Assembly (NCBI GenBank): GCA_033763455.1
Contig: JANRKO010000045.1
Span: forward strand, 83,213 to 147,212
From: Polyangiaceae bacterium
GTDB lineage: Bacteria > Myxococcota_A > Polyangia > Polyangiales > Polyangiaceae
Length of the DNA: 64,000 nucleotides
Reading direction: 5' to 3'
Shown: positions 47,002 to 56,326 of the stretch, piece after piece
How the letters are laid out: each line of letters starts with the position of its first letter
Numbering within the stretch: position 1 is the first letter of the stretch
The notes under the pieces: model-generated
Told to the model about the DNA's origin: nothing
Seen by the model: only the letters and a program-made list of their open reading frames with translations
The model's database searches: none
Position numbers and translations under genes: made by a program

Positions 47002-48684
47002 CTAGAGACTCGACGAGCTCAGCTCAAGCGGCCCGTGAATGAAGATGCCCGCGTTGTCCTGCGACGGGGAGAACCCTTCGAAAACTAGGTAAACTGCCCC
47101 GTCGATTCTGATGACACGCGTGGGCGAATCTGCACTTTCGTGGATTTCTTGGACATCCAAAGGCACGTCAGCCTCCGGGTGCATTATCGCGATGCGCAGC
47201 GGACTCTTCAACTTTTCCTCTCCCGTAAAAGCCACAAGATCATCGCCGATGGGGAAATACTGGCGCACGGCGGGCGCAAACTTCTGCCGCTCGGTGCAGT
47301 CAGGCCGAGCCACCCATGCCTCGTGCAACCCCACATCTGAGAGTTGCATCCAATACACGCGTTTGCCGCTGTCAGAGAAGTGGCCACCGAACGCATCTGC
47401 ACTAGGATCGCTGAGCACGCAATCGCCCTGCGAGCCGTCGTTGCGACGAACGTGAGCTACCGGAAACGCTCCCCCGTCCCGTTGCAAATGGAACGTGTGA
47501 CGCTCGTCTATAGATACTTGAATCTTTTCGAGATCAGTGCCCACAACGATGGAGGATCCGCTGTCCGGCATTAGTTTCAGGGTAACGACTTGCTCTCCCG
47601 GGGCCTGCTCAGTGTAAAACACACCCTCATCTTTCTCGGGCAAAAACTCATCGTGCGATCCGAGCCGGGCATAATCCAATACGTGGCGCGCAATGACACG
47701 CCGGGACCCCTCCTCTAGCAAGTCCAGTCGCACAAGATCCCGTGCTCCATCCTCTGTTGCGAGGGCTCCATCGAGCAAATAGACGGCTGACTCGTCGTAC
47801 GTAGGCAGCCACAGGCGGGCCTGTTGCACGATTGGCTTGAGTTGGTTCTTGCCAAGGTCAGACACAGCAATCGAACTGACATCGCTCGTCCTGGCACCGC
47901 CGGCTCCGGTCGCCCCCGGGGACGCCAGGAAAAGCCACTTTCCACGTTTGGAGAGAACAACTTGTTGCTGAAGACCAAGTGAAGTGCCAGTGGCCACGCC
48001 TACGGTGCCCGCATCAACGAGCGTTTCTTCGCCAGTGTTCAGAACGTTCGCCACGATCCGATACTCCTTTGGCGCGGGTTGTTCGACTGCAGACGGCGGC
48101 GTGGCCTCGAACGTCGGCTCCGTGCGGCACGCCACCGTTGCCGAGCGGTGGTGCCCCATGCAGGACACACCCCGACTGGAGGTCAATCGGCTGGCCGCAG
48201 ACCAGCCAGGACGCCACGCGTAGATCTCGCCTTGGTAAATGCTGCTGTGGGTCGAGTCGGTCTCTGTGTTGAAGATGAGCGTATCCCCATCAAAGCGGTG
48301 CACCCACGGATGGACGTCCGCCAGGCCGACGCGCCCTGTCCAAAGTCTCGATGAGATGAGTCGGCAAGCATGTGAGGTGCCATCACAAGCGAAACTGGAG
48401 CCGGCGAGAAACTTGCTCACATTGAACACCCAAAGCTCAACCCCTGTGCCTGCAAGCTTGTAGAACGCGCACCACCGGTCACCGGTCGCTCCTTCCTCGT
48501 GGCTGCAGGCTTCATGTCCACCCGTGCCCACGAGCTTGAAATCCGCCGAAAGCAGACGGTGAGTACCAGTGCGCCGCTCCGGCTGCTTTGCGTCCCTCGA
48601 GCTGCTGCAACTCGCAAAGCTAAAGCATGAAACGATGCCGAGAACTGCGACGCGGACTCCTGCACATTGCTTTTTCGTCAGCAT
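47002..48684 (-). CDS. Hypothetical lipoprotein, beta-propeller-like
   Basis: Lipobox FASC; FSDSGKRVYW and similar blade-like motifs; 560 aa. Confidence 0.65.
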   Translation of the reverse strand: MLTKKQCAGVRVAVLGIVSCFSFASCSSSRDAKQPERRTGTHRLLSADFKLVGTGGHEACSHEEGATGDRWCAFYKLAGTGVELWVFNVSKFLAGSSFACDGTSHACRLISSRLWTGRVGLADVHPWVHRFDGDTLIFNTETDSTHSSIYQGEIYAWRPGWSAASRLTSSRGVSCMGHHRSATVACRTEPTFEATPPSAVEQPAPKEYRIVANVLNTGEETLVDAGTVGVATGTSLGLQQQVVLSKRGKWLFLASPGATGAGGARTSDVSSIAVSDLGKNQLKPIVQQARLWLPTYDESAVYLLDGALATEDGARDLVRLDLLEEGSRRVIARHVLDYARLGSHDEFLPEKDEGVFYTEQAPGEQVVTLKLMPDSGSSIVVGTDLEKIQVSIDERHTFHLQRDGGAFPVAHVRRNDGSQGDCVLSDPSADAFGGHFSDSGKRVYWMQLSDVGLHEAWVARPDCTERQKFAPAVRQYFPIGDDLVAFTGEEKLKSPLRIAIMHPEADVPLDVQEIHESADSPTRVIRIDGAVYLVFEGFSPSQDNAGIFIHGPLELSSSSL

Positions 48685-48734
48685 GGGCAGAATCTTAGCA
48701 TTGAGTAGGCGCCCTGGGGTAGGGGGGCGCTCAC

Positions 48735-48926
48735 TCAGTGATCGTGCCCGTCGCCCTTCTTGTGGTCGTGTCCGTCGTCCTTCTTTTTTTCGCTCTCTGC
48801 CGCCTTCTTCTTGTGATCATCTCCATCACCCTCTTTGTGCGCCTGAGCTTTGCTAGCCGATTTGTTTCCGCACGCTGGAAAGCTTGCGAGTAGTAAGGAG
48901 AGCGCGAGCCAAGAGAGTTTAGGCAT
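48735..48926 (-). CDS. Small His/Asp/Lys-rich lipoprotein (63 aa), putative metal-binding
   Basis: RBS AAGGAA; MPKLSWLALSLLLASFPAC followed by HKEGDGDDHKKK..DDGHDHKKGDGHDH. Confidence 0.7.
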   Translation of the reverse strand: MPKLSWLALSLLLASFPACGNKSASKAQAHKEGDGDDHKKKAAESEKKKDDGHDHKKGDGHDH

Positions 48927-48994
48927 ATATAGATTCCTTGCGATGCTGGGAGGGATCCCCATCAACACCAATTGCACCAAGGCAAAAAACTTTC

Positions 48995-49032
48995 TGGACA
49001 ATGGCACCAGCTCCTACTACCACGCCTAGTAG
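48995..49032 (+). promoter_or_regulatory. Sigma70-like promoter overlapped by a palindromic operator CTACTA-N7-TAGTAG
   Basis: TGGACA 48995-49000, 17-bp spacer, TACCAC 49018-49023; inverted repeat at 49014-49019 and 49027-49032. Confidence 0.6.
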
Positions 49033-49036
49033 CTTC

Positions 49037-49474
49037 GTGTCGAACAAATTACCCCCCGTCAAGTTTCGAGTAAGATCCGGCAAAAAAGGTCTTGAGCTTC
49101 GCCTTCACGAACTTGAGGCATCCATCATGGACGTGGTCTGGTCACGGCGTCTCATAAAATTCACCGTGAGTGCTGTGGTCGACGTTCTGGGGAAACAGCG
49201 CGAGATTGCCTACACGACCGTCATGACGACACTTGCACGACTCGCGGAGAAAGGCCTGCTCAGCCGAGAACTTGAAGGCAAACGCTACCTCTATTCGGCG
49301 CGGGTCACGCGAGAAGCCTTCCTGGAGTCGACAGCGCGGGAAGTCTTGAATCAGTCCGTGAACGAACAGCAGGCGATGGCCATGCTCTCCGAAAAAGTTG
49401 CCCAGGCTTCCGTGGTTGAATTGGATGGATTGGAAGCTCTTATTCGGTTGCGCCGAAAGGAGCTGAAGCAATGA
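49037..49474 (+). CDS. BlaI/MecI/CopY-family transcriptional repressor
   Basis: LHELEASIMDVVW..IAYTTVMTTLARLAEKGLLSRE..RYLYSARVTRE; likely start GTG 49037. Confidence 0.92.
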   Translation: MSNKLPPVKFRVRSGKKGLELRLHELEASIMDVVWSRRLIKFTVSAVVDVLGKQREIAYTTVMTTLARLAEKGLLSRELEGKRYLYSARVTREAFLESTAREVLNQSVNEQQAMAMLSEKVAQASVVELDGLEALIRLRRKELKQ

Positions 49475-50484
49475 ATGAAGCAGCCTTTCCCCTGCTGGGG
49501 ACCCTTTTTGTGTTTCTGGTGGTTCTGCCAATGTCGGCGCTAGTAGCGCGATTTTTGCTGGATCTGATGGATAGGGCGCCTCGTACGGCCGGCGTCCTAC
49601 GCGCTTTGAACGCTCGTTATTTCTTGCTCGTGGGTTCCAGCCTCTTGCCGTTGGCGTGGCTGTTCCTGTCCCTGTTGCGTAACGGCGCTTCGGATGCGCT
49701 CCTCGTTTGTCTCTTTGATCACGACGCACCAGTATGCAGTGAGCCAGGTGTGTTTGCAGGCCTCCTGGCAGTCGGTGTTTTGGCTGCTGCTTGGGGGCGC
49801 CTCCCGCAAACACGGAAGTGCCAAGCAGCACCCATCGCCGCAACTCAGCTGATGCGTCGCATCAGCCGCCTAGTCGATGACACTCCGGCACTCAGGACGC
49901 TCAATAACAAGCTGATCTTAACCGACGAACCGGGCTTCGCGGTTGGTGTGCAGGGGTTATTTCGCCACAAAGTCTTTATCGGGCGGGCGTACGCCGGGAG
50001 GCTGTCCAATGCGGCTCTCGCGGGCGCCTTGGCTCACGAACAGGAGCATGTAAAAGCGAAGGATCCGCTGCGTTATTGGCTCCTCCGAGTGGCTCTCGCT
50101 GTTAATCCTATCGGCCGCCACTTGCTCACGGCGCAGTGCAAGCGCTGGTTGGCGGCGCGCGAAGCGGAGTGCGATCGAGAGGCGGTTCTTCGGGGCGTCC
50201 GTCCGCTTGAACTAGCTGAAGCGATCTTAGTAGCTTCTCGCCCGTTCCCTATACCGACTGTTGCGCTAGGCGCGAGCGACATAGGCATCCTTAAGTTCCG
50301 CGTAGAGATGCTGCTTGCCTTTGCCGAACAGGCTCCGTCGCGCTCTGGGTGGCGAGGCTCATCAGTCCTCCTTTGCGGACTGATGCTAGCAACGCTTCTC
50401 CTGATACCGCAGATGCTTGGCATCGGCGCGCTCGATTGGTTCCATGTAACGGTGGAACAGGCCGTCACGCTCTTTCGACTCTGA
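49471..50484 (+). CDS. M56/BlaR1-like membrane zinc metalloprotease
   Basis: Several TM helices, LAHEQEHV..DPL, REAECDREA; ATGA coupling to the BlaI-like gene. Confidence 0.85.
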   Translation: MNEAAFPLLGTLFVFLVVLPMSALVARFLLDLMDRAPRTAGVLRALNARYFLLVGSSLLPLAWLFLSLLRNGASDALLVCLFDHDAPVCSEPGVFAGLLAVGVLAAAWGRLPQTRKCQAAPIAATQLMRRISRLVDDTPALRTLNNKLILTDEPGFAVGVQGLFRHKVFIGRAYAGRLSNAALAGALAHEQEHVKAKDPLRYWLLRVALAVNPIGRHLLTAQCKRWLAAREAECDREAVLRGVRPLELAEAILVASRPFPIPTVALGASDIGILKFRVEMLLAFAEQAPSRSGWRGSSVLLCGLMLATLLLIPQMLGIGALDWFHVTVEQAVTLFRL

Positions 50485-50499
50485 AAGGTAGTACTCATC

Positions 50500-51747
50500 A
50501 TGCTTCGACTATGCGCAAGGCGCGCCCTTTGCACCGCGAGCATTGTGGCATCGCTTCCTATCGCGATCGGGTGGTCGACGAGCGCGCACGCCCAAGAGGT
50601 TGAGCTCAGCCGTAAACGTGTTGCGGAACTCGCAAGGGTCGCCCCGGCGGCACGGGTTGCAGAAGCGGAAGCAGCTATCACTGGGGCTGCCGTCACTGCC
50701 GCCGGCACTTTTTCGTTAGAAAATCCACTTATCTCCGGACTTGGCGGCGTGCGCTTCAACCCGGACGGCAGTCGCCCCTTCAGTGGCGTGGCGACGCTCT
50801 CTTGGCCGGTTGATCTAGGGGGCAAGCGCAGTGCGCGTGTGGATTCAGCAAAGGCTGACCACGGCGCAGCGAAGATTTCGGCAGAGAGGGAACGGCGCGA
50901 GGTGCTCCTCGCTGCTCTCCTCCAACACGCCCTTGTCTTGCGGGCGCAGCAGCAGGTTACGCTGGCGAAGGCTCGGCATGATCTTGCCGCGCGAGTGTAC
51001 TCGGCTGCAGAGAAACGCCGGGCTGTAGGCAGCGTGCCCGAGCTGGACGTCGCCCTCGCGGCCATGCAGGAAAAGAGGGACGCGGCCGCGCTCGCGTCTT
51101 CCATCGGGGATCACAAGGCCGAGAGGCTAACACTGCTAACGCTGCTCGGTGTCGCCGGCACGCCACCCGTTTCTGGAGATCTCGTGCCATCCGGGGACGT
51201 TCCGTCGCTTGCGGTTCTGGTACGTCAAGTGGAAGGGCGTGTTGATGTGCGCGCTGCGGCCGCGGCGTCGGCAGCCGCACGGGCGAGGGCGGAGCGGGAG
51301 CGTTCCAGCCGCTGGCCCACCGTCAACTTGCTGGCACAATACGAGCGCGACGACAGGGCAAATATCGGCCTCCTGGGCCTTGCGGTGCCGCTGCCCATCC
51401 TAAATGCCAACCGAGCTCAGGTAGCCACGTCGGCCGCCGAAGTTTCCGCAGCAAACGCCCGCCTAGCGCTTGCACGCGGTGCCTCCGCTGGAAAAGCCAA
51501 AGAACTCAGCACCCGGTACACAACGACGCAGGCCGCAATGGACGCCCTCGTTCCCGTCGTGGCCACTGCCCATCGAGCCGTCACGCTCGCAACGCGAGGC
51601 TACGAGCTTGGCGAAAGCGATCTCTCTAGCGTTCTGCTCGTGCGGCGCGAGTTAGTGGAATCCGAAGCTGCATTGTTGGAAGCACGCCATACCCACGCCG
51701 CCGTAAAAATTGAAGTCTTAGTCACTGCTGGAAGGATCCCTGAATGA
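50500..51747 (+). CDS. czcC: TolC/CzcC-family outer-membrane efflux protein
   Basis: Signal peptide, LGGKRSAR, GLAVPLPILNANR, GYELGESDLSSVL; first gene of the CBA cluster. Confidence 0.88.
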   Translation: MLRLCARRALCTASIVASLPIAIGWSTSAHAQEVELSRKRVAELARVAPAARVAEAEAAITGAAVTAAGTFSLENPLISGLGGVRFNPDGSRPFSGVATLSWPVDLGGKRSARVDSAKADHGAAKISAERERREVLLAALLQHALVLRAQQQVTLAKARHDLAARVYSAAEKRRAVGSVPELDVALAAMQEKRDAAALASSIGDHKAERLTLLTLLGVAGTPPVSGDLVPSGDVPSLAVLVRQVEGRVDVRAAAAASAAARARAERERSSRWPTVNLLAQYERDDRANIGLLGLAVPLPILNANRAQVATSAAEVSAANARLALARGASAGKAKELSTRYTTTQAAMDALVPVVATAHRAVTLATRGYELGESDLSSVLLVRRELVESEAALLEARHTHAAVKIEVLVTAGRIPE

Positions 51748-53129
51748 GCCGCGTCATCCCTGTTGAATTGAGCGTTAGAAACGTTCTCTTGTTCGTCTTT
51801 GGGATGGCCGCGTTCGGCACAGCGGTCGCGGTAGGTGCGCGAGCCCTCAGCCAGCCCGGAGCGGATGCATCGCACGCTGACCACGGCGAAGGTGAACACA
51901 AGGAACACGGCGAAGGTGAACACAAGGAACACGGCGAGGGTGAACACAAAGAGCACGGCGAGGGCGAACACAAAGAGCACGGCGAAGGCGAACACAAAGA
52001 GCACGGCGAAGGCGAGCACAAGGAGGGCGAGGGCGAGCACAAGGAACATGGTGAACACAAGGAAGGCGGCGAGGGCGAGCACAAGGAGGGTCAGATCAAG
52101 CTCTCTCCAGCCGCCCTCAAGAACGCCAATCTGGAAATTGTGACAGCCGGCCCGAGTGAAGTCAGCGTAACCATTTCACTTCCCGGCGAGGTTTCGCTCA
52201 ATCAGGACACATTGGCCCACGTCACTCCTCGGGTCGCTGGTGTCACCCGCGAAGTGAAGAAGAAAGTTGGGGACGTCGTGAAGAAGGGCGATCTGTTGGC
52301 CGTGCTGGACAGTCGCGACCTGGCGGAGGCGCAACGTGAGTTTCTCGCCACCAAGGAACGCCTGGCGCTCTCCGAAGGCACGTTCGCGCGTGCGGAGCTA
52401 CTGATCAAAGAGAACGTATCTGCTCAAAAGGATTTTCTATCCGCCAAGCAGGCATTTGCTGAAGCGCAAATTGACCATCGCAGTGCAGCGCAGAAGCTTC
52501 AAGCCGTCGGCGGAGCAACCGCCATGGGGAGCGGGTATGCCCTCGTGGCGCCCATCGCGGGCACTATCATTGACAAGCACATCACCGTGGGAGAGGTGCT
52601 CGGCGACACCACACGAGCCTTTACCATCGCGGACCTTTCCTCGATCTGGGTTAACGTTACGGTGTATGCCAAAGACTTGCCTCGCGTCGCGGCCGGGCAA
52701 AACGCGTCGGTACGCGCAGAGGGCATCGCGGAAAGCGCCACGGGAACCATTGCATACTTGGGGCAGATCGTGGGCGAGCAAACGCGTTCGGCAACCGCTC
52801 GAATTGTCTTGACCAATCCCGGGGCGGCTTGGCGCCCGGGCTTGTTTGCCACCGCAGATATCGCAGTGGATAAGGTGCAAGCGCCCGTGGTGATAGAGGA
52901 CGACGCAGTGCAAACGGTCGAAGGCAAGCAGGTCATCTTCGTCCAAGAAGGTGAAAGTTTTGAAGCCCGGCCGGTCACGCTCGGGCGCACCGGCTATGCG
53001 GCATCGACAGAGGGCAAGCGGTTGCTCGAGGTGCTCAAAGGCGTGAAAGCGGGCGATCGCTACGTTTCTAAGAACAGCTTTCTTCTCAAAGCAGAGCTCG
53101 GGAAATCCGAAGCCGGGCACGAGCACTGA
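51744..53129 (+). CDS. czcB: CzcB-type RND periplasmic adaptor with a His-rich repeat
   Basis: VTPRVAG..VGDVVKKGD, APIAGTI..IADLSSIWV, WRPGLF, C-terminal FLLKAELGKSEAGHEH. Confidence 0.9.
   Translation: MSRVIPVELSVRNVLLFVFGMAAFGTAVAVGARALSQPGADASHADHGEGEHKEHGEGEHKEHGEGEHKEHGEGEHKEHGEGEHKEHGEGEHKEGEGEHKEHGEHKEGGEGEHKEGQIKLSPAALKNANLEIVTAGPSEVSVTISLPGEVSLNQDTLAHVTPRVAGVTREVKKKVGDVVKKGDLLAVLDSRDLAEAQREFLATKERLALSEGTFARAELLIKENVSAQKDFLSAKQAFAEAQIDHRSAAQKLQAVGGATAMGSGYALVAPIAGTIIDKHITVGEVLGDTTRAFTIADLSSIWVNVTVYAKDLPRVAAGQNASVRAEGIAESATGTIAYLGQIVGEQTRSATARIVLTNPGAAWRPGLFATADIAVDKVQAPVVIEDDAVQTVEGKQVIFVQEGESFEARPVTLGRTGYAASTEGKRLLEVLKGVKAGDRYVSKNSFLLKAELGKSEAGHEH
51882..52088 (+). repeat. 24-bp tandem repeat encoding HGEGEHKE x6 plus 3 degenerate units
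   Basis: CACGGCGARGGYGARCACAARGAR units from 51882. Confidence 0.95.
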
Positions 53130-53131
53130 GC

Positions 53132-56100
53132 ATGTTGGCACTTCTTTCAAAACTTTTAGCATTCTCCGTAGCCAACCGATGGTTCGTGGTGGTGTTGACG
53201 CTCGCGGCTGGCGCGCTTGGCGTTTACAACTTCCAGAGGCTTCCCATCGATGCTGTTCCGGACATCACCAATGTCCAGGTTCAGATCAATACGCCTGTGA
53301 AGGCACTCTCGCCGGTGGAGGTCGAACGCCAGGTAACGTTTCCCATCGAATGGGCAATGGGCGGGATCCCGCGACTGGAGCAAGTGCGTTCTCTTTCGCG
53401 TTACGGCCTCTCGCAAGTGACGGTGATTTTTGAGGAGGGAACGGATATCTATTGGGCTCGCCAGCTCGTTGGCGAACGTCTTTCTGCGGCTAGAGCGAGC
53501 CTGCCTCCCGGAATCGCTGAACCGCAAATGGGGCCCATAGCGACAGGCCTGGGCGAGATCTACATGTGGACGGTGGAGGCTGATTCTTCGGCTCGGCGCG
53601 CCGATGGCAAGCCCTACGACCTCACTGACTTGCGTACGCTTCAAGATTGGGTAGTTCGCCCTCAGATCCGCACCGTCCCAGGTGTGACGGAAGTGAATTC
53701 GATTGGCGGGTTTCAGCGCCTTTTTCAGGTCTCGCCGGATCCGGCAAAACTCGTGGGTTATGGCCTTTCATTCCGAGACGTGCTCGAGGCCCTGGCCGCA
53801 AACAATGCGAACGCCGGTGGCGGCTATATCGAACACAAGGGCGAGCAGTACCTCATCCGCTCAACTGGCTTGGTGCGCAACGAACAGGATATTGCTGAGA
53901 TCGTGGTGGGCGATCGGCACGGTACACCCATTCGCGTGAGGGACGTTGCCGACGTGGGTGTCGGACGTGAGCTACGCACCGGTGCAGCGACGGACAACGG
54001 CCAGGAAACGGTGATCGGCACCGCCATCATGTTGGTGGGCGGCAACAGTCGTGACGTGTCCACCCGGGTAGACGAGCGCATGAAGACGGTCAACAAGTCC
54101 CTGCCGCCAGGCGTTAAGGCGAAGACGGTCTACGACCGGACCTACCTCGTTGACGCAACGCTGAACACGGTGCGAAACAGCCTAATCGAAGGTGCAATTT
54201 TAGTCATTGTGGTGCTGTTTTTGTTGCTGGGGAACATGCGCGCTGCACTCATCGCCGCGCTCGCCATTCCGTTTTCGATGTTGATTGCGATAACGGGCAT
54301 GGTTCAGACCAAGACCAGCGGCAATTTGATGAGCCTAGGCGCCATCGACTTCGGGCTTATTGTCGACGGCTCGGTGATCATCGTCGAAAATTGTGTGCGC
54401 CGGTTCGCTCAAGAGCAGCACCGTTTAGGCCGCCTCCTCAATAAAGGCGAGCGTGTGAAGCTGGCCTACGAGGCCTCGCAAGAGGTGCGTCAAGCAACCA
54501 TGTTCGGCGAACTGATCATCTGCATTGTGTATCTGCCGATTCTCACTCTCACCGGCATCGAAGGGAAGATGTTTCGGCCAATGGCAGTCACCGTCGTTTT
54601 GGCATTAGCCGCAGCGACGGTGCTGTCGATGACCTTCATTCCTGCCCTGGTCGCCATTTTTCTCAAGGGCAAGGTGTCGGAGCACGAGAACTGGTTCATG
54701 CGCCGCGCTACCCGCGTCTACGACCGGATTTTGCGCTGGAATCTTTCGCACCGGCTGACAGTCGTCGCCGCTAGCGTAGCCTTGGTTGCCGGTAGCATGC
54801 TCGTGTTGTTCGCTCTCGGCAGTGAGTTTGCTCCAAAGCTTGGCGAAGGAGCGCTTGCGATCCAGCCCGCACGCATTCCGTCCATCAGTTTGAGCAAGAG
54901 TGTGGAAATGCAAATGCAGCTCGAGCAGCTGCTCAAAAAGCGCTTTCCAGACGAAGTGAGCGACATTTTCGCAAGAACGGGAACTGCGGAGGTGGCAACC
55001 GACCCTATGGGCCCCAACGTGTCTGACACGTACGTCATGCTCAAGCCCCGTGACGGGTGGAAGAAAGCCGGCACGCAGGAAGAGCTCGCCGAGAAAATGG
55101 AGGAAGCCATCGCCGATCTTCCCGGCCAAAACTACGAGTTCAGTCAGCCCATTGAGCTCCGTTTTAACGAGCTCATTTCGGGGGTGAGGAGTGAGGTAGC
55201 CGTCAAGGTATTCGGCGATGATCTCGACGTGATGCTACGTGAGGCCAATAAAGTGTCCCGTGTTCTGGCTGCAACGCCGGGCGTGGCTGATTTGAAAGTG
55301 GAGCAGGTCAGCGGCCTGCCCGTACTCGGTATCGACATCGACCGCCCCGCCATCGCACGTTATGGCCTGAGCATTGCCGACGTGCAGACGGTCGTCGAAT
55401 CCGCCGTCGGCGGCGTCAGCGCTGGGCAGGTGTATGAGGGGGACAAGCGATTTGACTTAGTTCTGCGACTGCCGGACCACATACGTCGGGATCTGCACGC
55501 GCTTGAGAATCTCCCGGTCGCACTACCGCTCGCTCGTTCTGAGGGGGATTCAGCCGGGTCGGAGCCTGTCGAAGCCAAGCAATCTTTCGTGCCCCTCGGC
55601 GCGGTCGCCAAAATCGCTATCGAAGATGGCCCCAATCAGGTTAGTCGCGAGAACGGCAAGCGCCGGGTTGTGGTCCAATGTAATGTGCGCGGCAGGGATC
55701 TTGGCGGGTTCGTCTCGGATGCGCAACAGCGCATCGACGAACAAATCAAGCTGCCGGCTGGCTACTGGCTGGAGTGGGGAGGCCAATTCGAAAACCTGAT
55801 CGCTGCGAAGGATCGACTGGCAATTGTTGTGCCTGTAGCTTTGGCATCGATCTTCGGCTTGCTCTTTCTTTCGTTCGGATCTGCCAAAAATGCATTGCTG
55901 ATTTTCACTGGAGTGCCGCTTGCGCTCACGGGCGGAATCGTTGCCTTGTGGCTGCGTGGCCTACCCATTTCCATATCCGCGGCGATTGGTTTTATCGCCC
56001 TTTCAGGTGTGGCGGTGCTGAACGGCCTCGTAATATTGACCTTCATCGAAAACCTGCGGCGCAATGGCGAACGCCTGGATGAAGCTGTTCTCCATGGTTC

Positions 56101-56326
56101 CGTGGGTCGTCTTCGGCCCGTGCTGATGACAGCAATGGTTGCTGCGCTCGGCTTCGTTCCTATGGCGATCGCTACAGGCACTGGGTCTGAAGTGCAGCGT
56201 CCCTTAGCGACCGTGGTCATCGGCGGTATTCTCTCGTCTACCGCGCTGACCCTACTGGTGCTCCCCGTCCTCTACCGGCTGTTTCACCGAGAGCGCGCAG
56301 ACGTCCTGCTGGAGGCGCCGGAGTGA
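53132..56326 (+). CDS. czcA: CzcA/CusA-family heavy-metal RND permease
   Basis: LPIDAVPDITNVQVQINT, NLMSLGAIDFGLIVDGSVIIVEN, RLRPVLMTA..EVQRPLATVVIGG; 1064 aa. Confidence 0.95.
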   Translation: MLALLSKLLAFSVANRWFVVVLTLAAGALGVYNFQRLPIDAVPDITNVQVQINTPVKALSPVEVERQVTFPIEWAMGGIPRLEQVRSLSRYGLSQVTVIFEEGTDIYWARQLVGERLSAARASLPPGIAEPQMGPIATGLGEIYMWTVEADSSARRADGKPYDLTDLRTLQDWVVRPQIRTVPGVTEVNSIGGFQRLFQVSPDPAKLVGYGLSFRDVLEALAANNANAGGGYIEHKGEQYLIRSTGLVRNEQDIAEIVVGDRHGTPIRVRDVADVGVGRELRTGAATDNGQETVIGTAIMLVGGNSRDVSTRVDERMKTVNKSLPPGVKAKTVYDRTYLVDATLNTVRNSLIEGAILVIVVLFLLLGNMRAALIAALAIPFSMLIAITGMVQTKTSGNLMSLGAIDFGLIVDGSVIIVENCVRRFAQEQHRLGRLLNKGERVKLAYEASQEVRQATMFGELIICIVYLPILTLTGIEGKMFRPMAVTVVLALAAATVLSMTFIPALVAIFLKGKVSEHENWFMRRATRVYDRILRWNLSHRLTVVAASVALVAGSMLVLFALGSEFAPKLGEGALAIQPARIPSISLSKSVEMQMQLEQLLKKRFPDEVSDIFARTGTAEVATDPMGPNVSDTYVMLKPRDGWKKAGTQEELAEKMEEAIADLPGQNYEFSQPIELRFNELISGVRSEVAVKVFGDDLDVMLREANKVSRVLAATPGVADLKVEQVSGLPVLGIDIDRPAIARYGLSIADVQTVVESAVGGVSAGQVYEGDKRFDLVLRLPDHIRRDLHALENLPVALPLARSEGDSAGSEPVEAKQSFVPLGAVAKIAIEDGPNQVSRENGKRRVVVQCNVRGRDLGGFVSDAQQRIDEQIKLPAGYWLEWGGQFENLIAAKDRLAIVVPVALASIFGLLFLSFGSAKNALLIFTGVPLALTGGIVALWLRGLPISISAAIGFIALSGVAVLNGLVILTFIENLRRNGERLDEAVLHGSVGRLRPVLMTAMVAALGFVPMAIATGTGSEVQRPLATVVIGGILSSTALTLLVLPVLYRLFHRERADVLLEAPE

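Noticed and set aside
51600..52143. Repeat ORFs (CSPSPCSL)n, (FVFAFAVL)n and (NTRNTAKV)n; possible metallothionein or CRISPR
   Set aside because: Alternative frames of the czcB 24-bp repeat; there are no unique spacers, and variation falls at third codon positions of the czcB frame
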